The position numbers and the translations under genes are program-made. DNA of 64,000 nt from Leucoraja ocellata (taxonomy: Eukaryota), in the NCBI GenBank assembly GCA_036785375.1, contig JAWMAR010001256.1, forward strand, positions 124,001-188,000, given 5' to 3'. Below, one piece after another: positions 24,422 to 36,343 of this stretch. The stretch's first letter is position 1, and the number at the start of each line of letters is the position of its first letter. Under the pieces are notes generated by a model that had not been told where the DNA came from, did no database searches, and worked only from the letters and a program-made list of their open reading frames with translations.

Positions 24422-26214
24422 GTGAGTTCCACTTGAACAATAATTGCTCTCCTCTGCTCAAGACTAAGTTGAAACAAACTGGAGTCGCATTTTGTAAAGT
24501 TTAGTTTAGATATACAGCGTGGAAACAGGCCATTTGGCCCACCGGGTCTGTGCCAACCAGAGATCCCCCCACACCAATTTATAATTGTAGCACGCCAATT
24601 AGCCGGCAAAACTTGCATGTCTTTGAAGTGTGGGAGGAAGCCAGAGCTCCTGCATAAAACCCACACAGGTCACGGGGAGAATGTACAAACTCCGTACAGA
24701 TAGCACCCTTAGTCAGGATTGATCCCTGGTCTTTGGTGCTGTAAGGCAGTAACTCTACCCCTGTGCCACCGTGCTGTCTGCTGACACATTTACAAGCAAG
24801 CCACACACACTAAACCAGGAGAGATGAGTTATCTACAGAACAAGCACTTTAAGTTGAGTTTACCCTGTCTGCAAGGTTTCCTCTGTAGAACACGTTAACA
24901 CAATGTGTGTTTCTGCACTGTTTAGTATAGTTTAGTTTAGTGATACAGTGTGGAGACAGTGACACATAGTCAGGATCAAACCCGAGTCTCAGGCGCTGTA
25001 AGGCTGTAATTCTACCGCTGTGCCAAGCAACCTCCCCCCCACCTCATTACAACTATTATAGTATAAATAAAGTCAATTTAAATAACAGATTTGTGTGGCA
25101 CGGTAGCACAGCAAAAGAGCAACTGCCTTGCAGCGCCCGAGACCTGAGTTCGATCTTGACTAATGGTGCTGAATGTATGGAGTTTGCACGTTCTCCCCAT
25201 GATCTGCATGGATTTCATCTGGGATCTCCGTTTTCCACCCACACTCCAAAGCCATATAGGATTGTAGATTGATTGGCTCGGATAATTGTAATTGTCCCTA
25301 GTGTGTATAGGATAGCATTAGTGTGCCAGTTGGCGCGGACTCAGTGGGCTCCATTGTCTACAGAAAACTAATAAGCAATGAATTCCTTGTGTTGAGGATT
25401 ATCCATTAAATCTAACAAGGAGTGCCAACATTTCCATTGAGGTGTACAGTAAGCATGCTGGATAACCGGAGATTATGATTGATGTCATAGTCATACAGCG
25501 TGGAAACCGCTTCGGCCCAACTTTCCCACTCCGGCCAACATGTCCCAGCTACACTCATCCCACCTGCCCACGTTCGGCCCATATTCATCTAAACCTGTCC
25601 TATCCATGTAATTGTGTAACTAGTATCTTAAACATTGGGATAGTCCCTGCCTCAACTATCTCCTCTGGGAACTGTTAAAGATCCCTTTCTACCTATGGGC
25701 ACCCATTGCATGGGGACATTTGGTATAGGAGAGTCACAAAACTTTAATCAGCCTGTACAGAAACCACAATAATTAGGGGGAAAAAGGCAACATGATGTCA
25801 CCTAGATTCAGCTACATTCTTATTAATGGAAGATAGACACAAAATGCTGGAGTAACCCAGCGGGACAGGCAGCATCACTGGATAAAAGGAATGGGTGGCA
25901 TTTAGGGTCGAGACCCTTCTTCATTCAAGAGCTGCCTCGTTGGAGTGTGTGATAAAGCCCTGCTCTTATTTCGTCTGTTTTTAATGTAGATCCTGTTACA
26001 GAGGCAGCTACCAGCAACTGAATTTATCAGAGCTACAAACTGAATATATATGCATAACATTTACATAAAGGAGAAATATTGTAGTACCTTCCTTACGCCC
26101 AGGAATTCAATCAGTGGACTATTTACCATTGTTTTGAAAGCAAAGAGTTCCCTGAAGTGACATAGAAGCCTCTGGCTTGTTACCAGCCAGGGTGGAGATG
26201 CTAAATACTATAAA

Positions 26215-26742
26215 TCCCCTCCCATTCCCACACCAACCTTTCTGTCCTGGGCCTCCTCCATTGTCACAGTGAGGCCCAACACAAATTGGAGGAACAGCTC
26301 CTCATATTTGGCTTGGGCAGATTACACCCCAGTGGTATGAACATTGACTTCTCTAACTTCAAGTAACCCTTGCTCTTCCTCTCTCTCCATCCCTCCCCCT
26401 TCCCAGTTCTCCCACCAGTCTCCCCAGTGACATTTTGTCTCCGTTTGCTTTGTGATCACCTTCTCATATTCTACATTCTGATCTATTCTACATTTTTCTT
26501 GATCCTCATCTTGTCTCATGTCATGATATTGTCATGACCTCATCTATTATATTGTCTCGGGTCTCATTTTGACACCTTCCTTATCGCTGTATCTCCCTCT
26601 CCCCTGATTTGCAGTCTGAAGAAGGGTCTCGACACAAAATGTCTCCTATTCCTTCTCTCCAGAGATGATGCCTGTCCCGCTGAGTTATCCAGCATTTTGT
26701 GCCTATCTTCGGTGTGAACCAGCATCTACAGTTCCTTCCTAC
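26215..26742 (+). mobile_element. Penelope-like element 3' end (GIY-YIG C-terminus + terminal repeat)
   Basis: HSHTNLSVLGLLHCHSEAQHKLEEQLLIFGLGRLHPSGMNIDFSNFK*, followed by the terminal repeat shared with the abundant short family. Confidence 0.75.
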
Positions 26743-27619
26743 ACCCGGTGATGAGATTGGTATAGGGGGTGAATGATGCCGGGAATAATAGGGAGACTTT
26801 GGGTAATTGCCTCCGATCATTGTCCAACTACAGTTGGATGTAGAGCCATAGCTAAAGTCAATTAACCTACAAACCTGTACGTATTTGGAGTGCGGGAGGA
26901 AACTGGAGGACCTGGAGAAAACCCACACAAGTCACGGGGAGAATGTACAAATTCCGTACAGACAGCACCCATAGTCAAGATCGAACCTAGGTCTTTGACA
27001 CTACTATAAGGCAATTACATAAGGTGAGAGCATGCTGACCGGTTGCATCGTGGCTTGGTTCAGCAATTTGAGCGCCCTGGAGAGGAAAAGACTACAAAAA
27101 GTAGTAAACACTGCCCAGTCCATCATCGGCTCTGACCTTCCTTCCATCGAGGGGATTTATCGCAGTCGCTGCCTCAAAAAGGCTGGCAGTATCATCAAAG
27201 ACCCACACCATCCTGGCCACACACTCATCTCCCTGCTACCTTCAGGTAGAAGGTACAGGAGCCTGAAGACTGCAACAACCAGGTTCAGGAATAGCTACTT
27301 CCCCACAGCCATCAGGCTATTAAACCTGGCTCGGACAAAACTATGATTATTAATAACCCATTTTCTGTTGTTTGCACTTTATCAGTTTATTTATTCATGT
27401 GTGTATATATTTATATCATGGTATATGGACACACTTATCTGTTCTGTAGTAAATGCCTACTATGTTCTGTGTGCTGAAGCAAAGCAAGAATTTCATTGTC
27501 CTATACAGGGACACATGACAATAAACTCACTTGAAATTGAACATTAAAATCTACCGCCGCGCCACCGTGCTGCTCTAAGCTTTGATAGGGTTTCTAACAA
27601 TATTTTTCTGTTGTTGCAG

Positions 27620-27904
27620 TTCTCTCCGAACCTGTAATCCAAGCATCACTGACCATCGTTGATGGAAAACCGGTGAATATTACCTGCAGTGTGTTTAATG
27701 TCTCGGGAGAACTTCAACTTACACTGAAGAATGGGAATATGTCTTTGCCAAGCGAGTCATCCAGTACAGAGCACACTATCTACCACACTTTGCATCCAAA
27801 GATGGAGATGAATGGACAGCAGTTGACTTGTGTGGCTAAACTGACACTCCAAAATCACTCTGAACCCATTGTTAAGCAACAGAATATCACACTCAATGTG
27901 CAAA
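27620..27904 (+). CDS. ICAM-like gene copy B, Ig domain D3 exon
   Basis: Acceptor ttctgttgttgcag ends at 27619; donor A|gtaagt at 27905. 285 nt, differing from the copy A exon at 2 nt. Confidence 0.88.
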
Positions 27905-28289
27905 GTAAGTAACTTTACATTGGTGCCATCGAGTCTGCTCTGCCTTTCAATCATGAATAGGGTGGGATGATTTCGCAGCGGTAGAGTTGCTGCCTTACAG
28001 CGCCAGAGACCCGGGTTCGACCCTGTCTATGGGTTGCTTGTCTATATGCAGCTTTACATGCTCCCCCCCCCCCCGTAAACTGCATGTGTTTTCTCGGGGA
28101 TCTCCGGTTTCCTCCCACACTCCAAAGACGTAGTTTTGTAGGTTAATTGGCTTGGTATAATTGTAAATTGTATCTAGTGTGTGTATGATAGTGTTAGTGT
28201 TAGGAACCGCTGGTCGGTGCGGACTCTGTGGGCCAAAGGGCACGTTTCTGCGCTGTATCTTTAAACTAAACTAAACTAAGATAAAAAGA

Positions 28290-28685
28290 TTTTTTTTAAA
28301 TTTCAAAATAGACTTTATTCATTGATAAATATATACAATTCCTGAACCATTCACACAAACAAAATTCATCCGACATTCTCGGAGACTATACAAGTTTTTT
28401 CAGTACAATTTTTTTACATTTTTCAAATTTCACCAAACAGTCCCCCACCCGTGCCACTCTGTGGCCCCCTGGCGTGGGATACCTTCCCTTAATTTAATTT
28501 GAGGGGCGTCTCCACCATACCGTGCCCCCTATGTCCAGCAGCAGAAGGACCCTAGACTGTGGTCCTCCCCCACCGAGCCTTGGCTTTGGCTGCACCAAGC
28601 TTCAGCGAGTCCCTTAGCATGTACTCCTGCAGTCTGCAGTGGGCCAGTCGGCAACATTCCCTGACGGACATCTCGCTCTGCTGCT
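28290..28685 (-). mobile_element. L1/Tx1-type LINE 3' end, copy-B specific
   Basis: Minus strand reads CRLAHCRLQEYMLRDSLKLGAAKAKARWGRTTV*, then AATAAA and an A-rich tail (poly-T at 28290). Absent in A. Confidence 0.7.
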
Positions 28686-28720
28686 GTAACTGTAACTTGT
28701 AGACTCTCTGTTAACATCTA

Positions 28721-28981
28721 GACATATATAGACCCTGACCTCGGGTGGACTATGAGGGGGAGAACTGGATATTTTTAGTGCCTTCCCCCACAGTGAATTC
28801 TGCTGTGGGGGGACGTTTCATGTTGATTTCTATAGTGTACTGTTCTGTTTTTTCTCTTTTTTGTTTTGTATGGATATATTGACATTTGATCTGTTCAATT
28901 AATTTAATCAATCTCTGTAAAGCACTTTGGTTCAAATACTGGTTTTGTTGAAAAGTGCTATATAAATAAATAAAGATTATT
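28721..28981 (+). mobile_element. L2-like retroposon 3' end, copy-B specific
   Basis: Tail gtaaagcactttg...aaagtgctatataaataaataaagattatt, flanked by short direct repeat atcta. Absent in A. Confidence 0.6.
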
Positions 28982-31081
28982 ATCTACCTGTTTAGGGCGG
29001 GAATATTGGGAATGCAGAATTATAATTTATATTGAATGTACATTTTCTATCAGGTGAGGATCACAGGGAATAAATGGCCTCAGTACATGGATTGAAAAGG
29101 CTGTTTCGTGAATGCAACAAAGACCGCTATAACCAATGGGTGTAGGAACGTATTGCATTGCCGCCTAGTGGATCTGCTTGGAACTGCATGCTTTTTCGTG
29201 GTTCTCTTCAAAAAACAGGATGCTTCCAATGTAGAAACAAGGAGTGTGTAGGAAGGAACTGCAGATGCTGGTTTAAACCGAAGATAGACACAAAATGCTG
29301 GAGTAACTGAGTGGGACAGGCAGCATCTCTGGAGCGAAGGAATTGGTGACGTTTTGGGTCGAAACCTTTCAACAAAGATCTGATTTACAGACGAGGACAC
29401 GGAGTGCTGGAGCAACTCAACGGGTCAAGCAGCATCTCAGGAAACCATGGATAGGCCGCTCCTGAGATACTGCCTGACCCGCTGAGCTACTGCAATACTC
29501 TGTCTCTTCTTCAGGGTGCATGCAATGCAGAATAGGCATTAATATTGCACAACGCATCATTTACAGTTCTAAATGCAACTCACAATGCCAACCATAGACA
29601 TGAAGGATACAGTCGTTAATCTTCAATGGTTCAAAGGTCTGTTTATTGTCACGTATACCAATTAAGGTACAGTGGTAGGTGAATTACCATACAGCCATAT
29701 TAAAAAATAATGTGGCACCTCAGAGATTCTTTGTCAGTATTTCCATGGAATATCTTTGTGTCCCTGGAATATCCTGGTGTTTGGGACTTGAACCACTAAT
29801 CTCCTGACTCCAGGCAAGAGTACCAGCTGTACGACTTTATGTTAGACTGACCACTCTCAGTCTAATGTAAAGGAGTCCATTTGTCCACCAATGCCTTTGT
29901 TGAAGCAATCTTTGCCTTGTCACAACCCTCAGCATCCCCAGTGTCTACACCAAACACACTTAGCAGATAATTAACACAAGGAAACTTCCGGTAGTCTACA
30001 ATAAAAGCACAGTTCTGAGAACTCTTGAGAATATTCTGTGATTTCACACCTCTTGTTTCTGATTAACCCATAAATAGTAACACCAAAATAATGAAATAAC
30101 AGCAGGTAGAAAAATGAGCCCCTGTCAATTTCTGGACACTCAAATGTTTGCCCTTGTCTGCAGAAGGGTCCCGACCCAAAACGTCACCTCTCCATGTTCT
30201 CCATGGATGCTGCCTGGGATGAAGAACCGTAGTGACAGGATACCAAAGGTTCGGAGTTTCCCTTCTGGGTTAAACAGATGTGCTCTACAAAGCATCACCC
30301 AACTTGCTTTTGGTGAATAGTGGCAAAGAGTCTCTGAGGTACCACCTTTCAGACAAGGCATTAGAACATGCAGGTGGCATGGTGGCACAGAAGTAGAGTT
30401 GCTGCCTTACACCACCAAAGACATGGGTTCGATTCTGACTACGGGTGCTGTCTGTACAAAGTTTGTACATTCTCCCCGTGACCTGTGTACGTTTTATCTG
30501 GTATCTCCGGTTAGTGGGATAACATTGAACTAATGTGAATGGGTTATTGATGGTTGGCATGGACTCAGTGGGCCGAAGACCCTGTTTCCGCACTGAATTG
30601 CTAAACTAAGTTAAATGAAAATGGACTTTATTCTTCAAAAAATATTTAATTGTCCGTCGAGTAGCATGCTATGCCATTCGTACGCACAATGTGTTTATAA
30701 ATATAATGAGAAAACATTGGTTTAGTTTAGCTTATTGTCACATGTAACTGAGGTACAGTGAAAAGCTTTTGTTGTGTACTAACCAGCCAGTGGAAAGACA
30801 ATACATGATTACAATCGAGCCGTTCACAGTGTGCAGATACATGATACATGATAAGGGAATAACGTTTAGTGCAAAGTAAACCAGTAAAGTCCGATCAAAG
30901 ATAGTCCGAGGGTCCCCGATGAGGTAGATAGTAATTCGAGAGATTATAAGTAAATTATACCTGCAAATGAGTGCAGGCAAAATTCATGGATTTTGGAAAG
31001 AAAGGATCTGTAGTTTTACAGTAGATGTATTTGCTCAGAATGGATGATGATTGTGTAATGGTTTTTGTGAATTATCCACAG

Positions 31082-31317
31082 GTGAAGAATCGTCATGGGT
31101 GATCATCATCATGGGCTTTTCAATTGTGGGGGCAATAATAATAATGGCAATAATCTGCTATTGCCGGATCGACGGAGCTCGGAAAACAGGAGAATATAAT
31201 GTACTGAATCCAACACCCAGCAGAAACCAAGAAATCCCTCGTGTGAATGAACCTCTGGACATTTTTCCTTTGCAGGAAGTGATTTCAAACGGCAATGACA
31301 ATAACTCACAGACTTGA
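31082..31317 (+). CDS. ICAM-like gene copy B, transmembrane + cytoplasmic terminal exon (12 aa shorter tail)
   Basis: Acceptor ends at 31081. WVIIIMGFSIVGAIIIMAIICYC-RIDGARKTGEYNV. TGA at 31315-31317 where copy A has GGA. Confidence 0.87.
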
Positions 31318-32214
31318 CCAAATAATAATAGTTGTATTACACCTGTGAGTTAGACGGACATATCACAACAATTGTCTGAATATTGTTACTGAGGCGGCTC
31401 CTGATGCAATGTTACAGTCGACTGATGGCACTTACTCTAGGAAATGTAACAACAAATGTAACAACAGTTCATTCTCAGGAATGTTCTGAATTTTGGGTCG
31501 TTTTTGTGTCCATTTGTCAAACTCTGAACTGATACCAGAACGCTGGCATCAAAACCAGCTCAGCACCGAGAACATCAGAGCCATGCGACTTTTCTTCCCA
31601 TTGATGGGAATGGACATTGGATCACACACTTGGTGCAATAATCTTTCCAAGGTGAACTACTTGCTTAAATTACGTGAATGTTGTCTGATAAAAAATTGTC
31701 ATAAATGGATAAAATGTGAGTCGATGCCTTTTCCAGTATTCTTACCCTCTTGTCTAGGGAGGAACTGCAGATGCTGGTTTAATCCGAAGACAGACACAAA
31801 AGGCTGGAGTAACTCAGCAGGTCGGGCAGCATCTCTGAAGAAATTGAATAGGTGACGTTTTGGGTCGAGACCATTCTTCAATTTGAAGAAGGGTTTCAAC
31901 CCGAAATGTCACCTATTTCCTTTCTCCAGAGATGCTGCCTGACCCTCTGAGTTACTCCAGCTTTTTGTGCCTGTCTTCTCATCTTCTTGTCTAATTATTG
32001 CCATACTCTCATCCCTTCCTATCCCTGTAACCTCCTCCAACTACACAATGCCCAGTATTCATTCATGTTCATTTACAAAATCTAACTCATCCTAATTTCC
32101 ACTCGCCGGAGGGAGAGTAAGTCAAATGATCTCTCTGCTAGAGTAATCAGTGGAATTGCACTTAGTGCTGTAGAATACTGTATCCCAGTGTTATACATGA
32201 CGGGTTTGCACCCT

Positions 32215-32603
32215 TTAGTTTAGAAGGTTGAGAGGATCTTATTGAAACATATAAGATTGTTAAGGGTTTGGACACGCTGGAGGCAGGAAACATGTTCCCG
32301 ATGTTGGGGGAGTCCAGAACCAGGGGCCACAGTTTAAGAATAAGGGGTAAGCCATTTAGAATGGAGACGAGGAAACACTTTTTCTCACAGAGAGTTGTGA
32401 GTGTGTGGAATTCTCTACCGCAGAGGGCAGTGGAGGCAGGTTCTCTGGAGAGCTGGATAGGGCTCTTAAAGATAGCGGAGTTAGGGGATATGTGGAGAAG
32501 GCTGGAACGGGATACTGATTGGGGATGATGAGCGATGATCACATTGAATGGCGGTGCTGGCTCGAAGGGCCGAATGACCTTCTCCTGCACCTATTGTCTA
32601 TTA
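32215..32603 (+). mobile_element. CR1 LINE 3' end, copy-B specific, inside the putative 3'UTR minisatellite
   Basis: LIETYKIVKGLD..SRTRGHSLRIRG..RKHFFSQRVVSVWNSLP motif and CR1 3' stem tail. Empty site at 4750 in A. Confidence 0.85.
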
Positions 32604-34956
32604 TAGTGTTACACAATGATGGACCAGGCCCCATCAGTATTGTACGCCAGTGTTATACAGCGACTGCCCATCCCTACCGGTACTGCACCCCAGTGTTCCA
32701 TAGTGACAAGAGTTATCCCCATCAGTATTGTACCCCAGTGTTACACGGTGACGGACCTGTCCCTGCCAGTGCTGTATCCCAGTGTCATACAGTTACAGAC
32801 GTGTCCCCTCCATTACAGTACCCCAGCGTCAGACGTGTCCTCACCAGTCCCGTACCCGAATGTTACACAGTGATAGCCTCTTGTCTATTTGCATAGTTGT
32901 AGTGTTTAGTTTTTCTCTTTCTTACTTACTTTTCATGCTAATTCAATTCTAACTACTCGATCCATTTTTGACTCCCCCCATTTCAGCAGTACCCCGATAA
33001 TCAGGCTAGCACTTTTTACGTTGGGCCTCCTGATGTTAACGACACTGTAGACTCTATCAAGCAAATTGTTTAGAATGTATTCTATTGAGCCTGTTATAGC
33101 ATTAATTTCACAGTCATATATTAGACTTTTGTTGCCGCTGGTTCCTGAATACATACTGTGTATTTCACTCTATGTACAGCCTAAAGCCATTTCTTGTCAA
33201 GACAATTTTTCCAACGATGCTACTCATATTTGTAACCACTAAGTGAAATGTAGGTAATGATATAACAAGGGCGGTTTCTAGTGATACATTTGCACAAGTA
33301 AACAGAATATATCTTTGAATAAAATATAGCTTATTGATGAAGCAATATTAAATACAAATGTTGGAAAAAAGAACCTATTCACAACAATGTTGGCATTGAA
33401 AGTAACTACAGTTGTTTTCTCACTTCAACATGGTTGATCTCACTGCATTTGCCACAGTCAAAGAGTCATAGAGTGATACATTGTGGAAACAGGCCCTTCG
33501 GCCCAACTTGTCCACACCGGCCAATAATGTCCCAGCTACACTTGTCCCACTAGCCTGCGCTTGGTCCATATCCCTCCAAACATGTCCCATCCATGTACCA
33601 ATCCAACTGTTTCTTAAACAATGGGATAGTCCTACCCTCAACTTAAATCTATTTCACATTGTTTCATACATCCACCACCTTTTATGTGAAAATTTCACCC
33701 CTTGGATTCCTTTTAAATCTTTACCCCTTCACCGTGAACCTATGCTCTCTGGTCCTCGATTTCCCTACTCTGGGCAAGACTCTGTGCATCTACCCAATCT
33801 ATTCCTCTCATGATTTTGTATACCTCTATATGATCTATGGTACACCTCTAGAAGTCTCCGCACATACTGTCCTCTGCTAAAGTTTTCCTACATCTGTGGA
33901 TTGTATATTTAACACTGCAACAGAACCTGCCACTCATTGTTTCTGTGGTCAATCAGCTCAACTACATCAAGTTCCTTCAGTTGGAACCTATGACCCCTTC
34001 GCCTACAGAAGCTATGATTCCAGGAATAGACGATAACTGCTTACAAGGTATAGAAGCTCGGCCCTATATATATATCATCCTATAGCCTATTCAACAACAC
34101 CATCGGCGTTTGCCTCATCTGTAAGCTGACTCCTCAGACTTCCTACATTCATATCCAAGCTGTTCATGTATAGAATGTCAGCACTAGTTGTTGTGGTACA
34201 TCACTGGTCATGTGCTTGCATCAACAAAGCCCATACTCTTCATCACCCATGTATCTCCTCATACCAAGTCACTTTTGAATCTAATTTGGCAGCTTGCCCT
34301 CAACCCCGTGGACATGTCCTTCACCCACACCGCTTGTCATCTACATTTAGGGGCGGCATGGTAGCGCAGCGGTAGAGTTGCTACCTCACAGCCCAGAGAT
34401 CCGAGTTTGATCCTGATTACAGGTGATGTATGTATGGAGTTTGTACCTTCTCCCCGTGACCTCCATGTCTCGGCCAGTGCATTGTGTAAGTGTCCAACAC
34501 AGACAGCACACATTACGCTGGTTCTCTCAGTGATCTCACTATTGGTAGAGGTGACCTAACTTTAAGGGGATGAAAATATAACCAAAGTGTACAGACTTTT
34601 AAACACAGGCTGGCTACATTCCTACCAGGCTGGAGTTTAGTCTAATGTCACGTGTACCGAGGTACCGAGAAAAGCCTTTGTCACGTGCTAACCAGTCAGT
34701 GGAAAGACAATACATGATTACAAACGAGCCGTCCACAGTGTACAGATACACGATGAAGGGAATAATGTGAATAACATTTAGTGCAAGATAAAGCCAGTAA
34801 AGTCCGATCAAAGATAGTCTAATAATGAATTAAACACAAACACAAACTCAAAAAAGCAGCATTTATTGAGAGGATTCAAATGTGGCATTCAAGTTTATTT
34901 TATACCTTCTGAGTTGTCGATGTGTTTCTATCTATTGGTGTTTGACATTGAATTAA

Positions 34957-36343
34957 ATTCAATTCAATTCAATTCAATTCAATTCAATTCAATTCAACTT
35001 TAATGTCATCGCACAAATACAAGTATCAGTACAACGAAATGCAGTTTTGCGTCAGTCCGTAGTAGTTGTACATAAAGAGAAAAGACAAGAAAAAAATAGA
35101 AAGAGAGAAGATACAGAATAATCAGGAAATACAGAATGATTAAACAAAGGGGGACGGAGGGACCAGAGAGTCTATCGTCGGGACTCCGAGTTCAGCAGTG
35201 TGATTGTGTTGTTATAGAAGCTTTTCCTCATCCTGCTGGTACGTGACCTGAGGCTCCTGTACCGCCTCCCTGATGGGAGGAGGGCAAACAGTCCATGGTT
35301 GGGGTGTGAGGGGTCTTTGATGATCTTCCCAGCCCGTCTCAGACACCGTTTTCGGTGGAGGGCATCCATGGCAGGGAGCGGGGCACCGATGATGTGCTGC
35401 GCGGTTTTCACCACCCGTTGTAGTGCTTTCCTGTCCGCAGCAGTGCAGCTGCTGTACCATACCGTGAAGCAGGTGGTCAGGATACTCTCTATGGTACAGC
35501 GGTAAAAGTTGGTCAGGATCTGGGGGGACAGGTGGGCTTTCTTGAGCCTCCTAAGGAAGTAAAGGCGCTGCTGTGCCTTTTTGATCAGCTTGGAGGTGTT
35601 GAGGGACCAGGACAAGTCCTCCGAGATATGCACTCCGAGGAATTTATAGCTGGAGACGCGCTCCACCTCAGTCCCGTTGATGTGGATGGGGGTATGACTG
35701 CCTCCTCTGGTCTGCCTGAAGTCGACAATAATCTCCTTCGTCTTTTTGGAGTTGAGGATGAGGTTATTGTCGGCACACCAGGTGGTCAGGTGCTGGATCT
35801 CATCCCTGTAGGCTGACTCATCGTTGTCGCTGATCAGTCCTACTACCGTGGTATCGTCAGCAAACTTAATAATGGCGTTGGATCCGTGCTTTGGGATGCA
35901 GTCGTGGGTGAAGAGGGAGTAGAGGAGAGGGCTGAGCACACAGCCCTGTGGCACTCCGGTGTTCAGTGTTATAGTGGAGGAGGTGAGGTTATTGACCCTA
36001 ACAGACTGTGGTCTGTTAGTGAGGAAGTCCAATGTCCAGTTGCAGAGGGAGGTGGAGATGCCAAGTCCACTGAGTTTGGTGATCAAGCTGGCTGGGATGA
36101 CGGTGTTAAAGGCAGAGCTGAAGTCTATGAACAGCAGCCTGATGTAGGAGTTGTTGTGGTCCAGGTGGGTCAGGGCAGAGTGTAGGGCCGCCGATATGGC
36201 GTCCTCTGTAGACCTGTTGGTCCGGTAGGCAAACTGGTGGGGGTCCAGTGTGGGGGGGAGGCAGGCTTTGAGGTGAGCCAAGATCAGCCGCTCAAAGCAC
36301 TTTGCAATAACAGGGGTGAGTGCCACTGGGCGGAAATCGTTGA
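34957..36343 (-). mobile_element. 5'-truncated Rex1/Babar LINE with intact 384-aa RT C-terminal ORF
   Basis: ORF 35172-36326 ([39 protein letters not shown]); (TTGAA)n tail at ~34957-34998. Absent from copy A. Confidence 0.92.
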
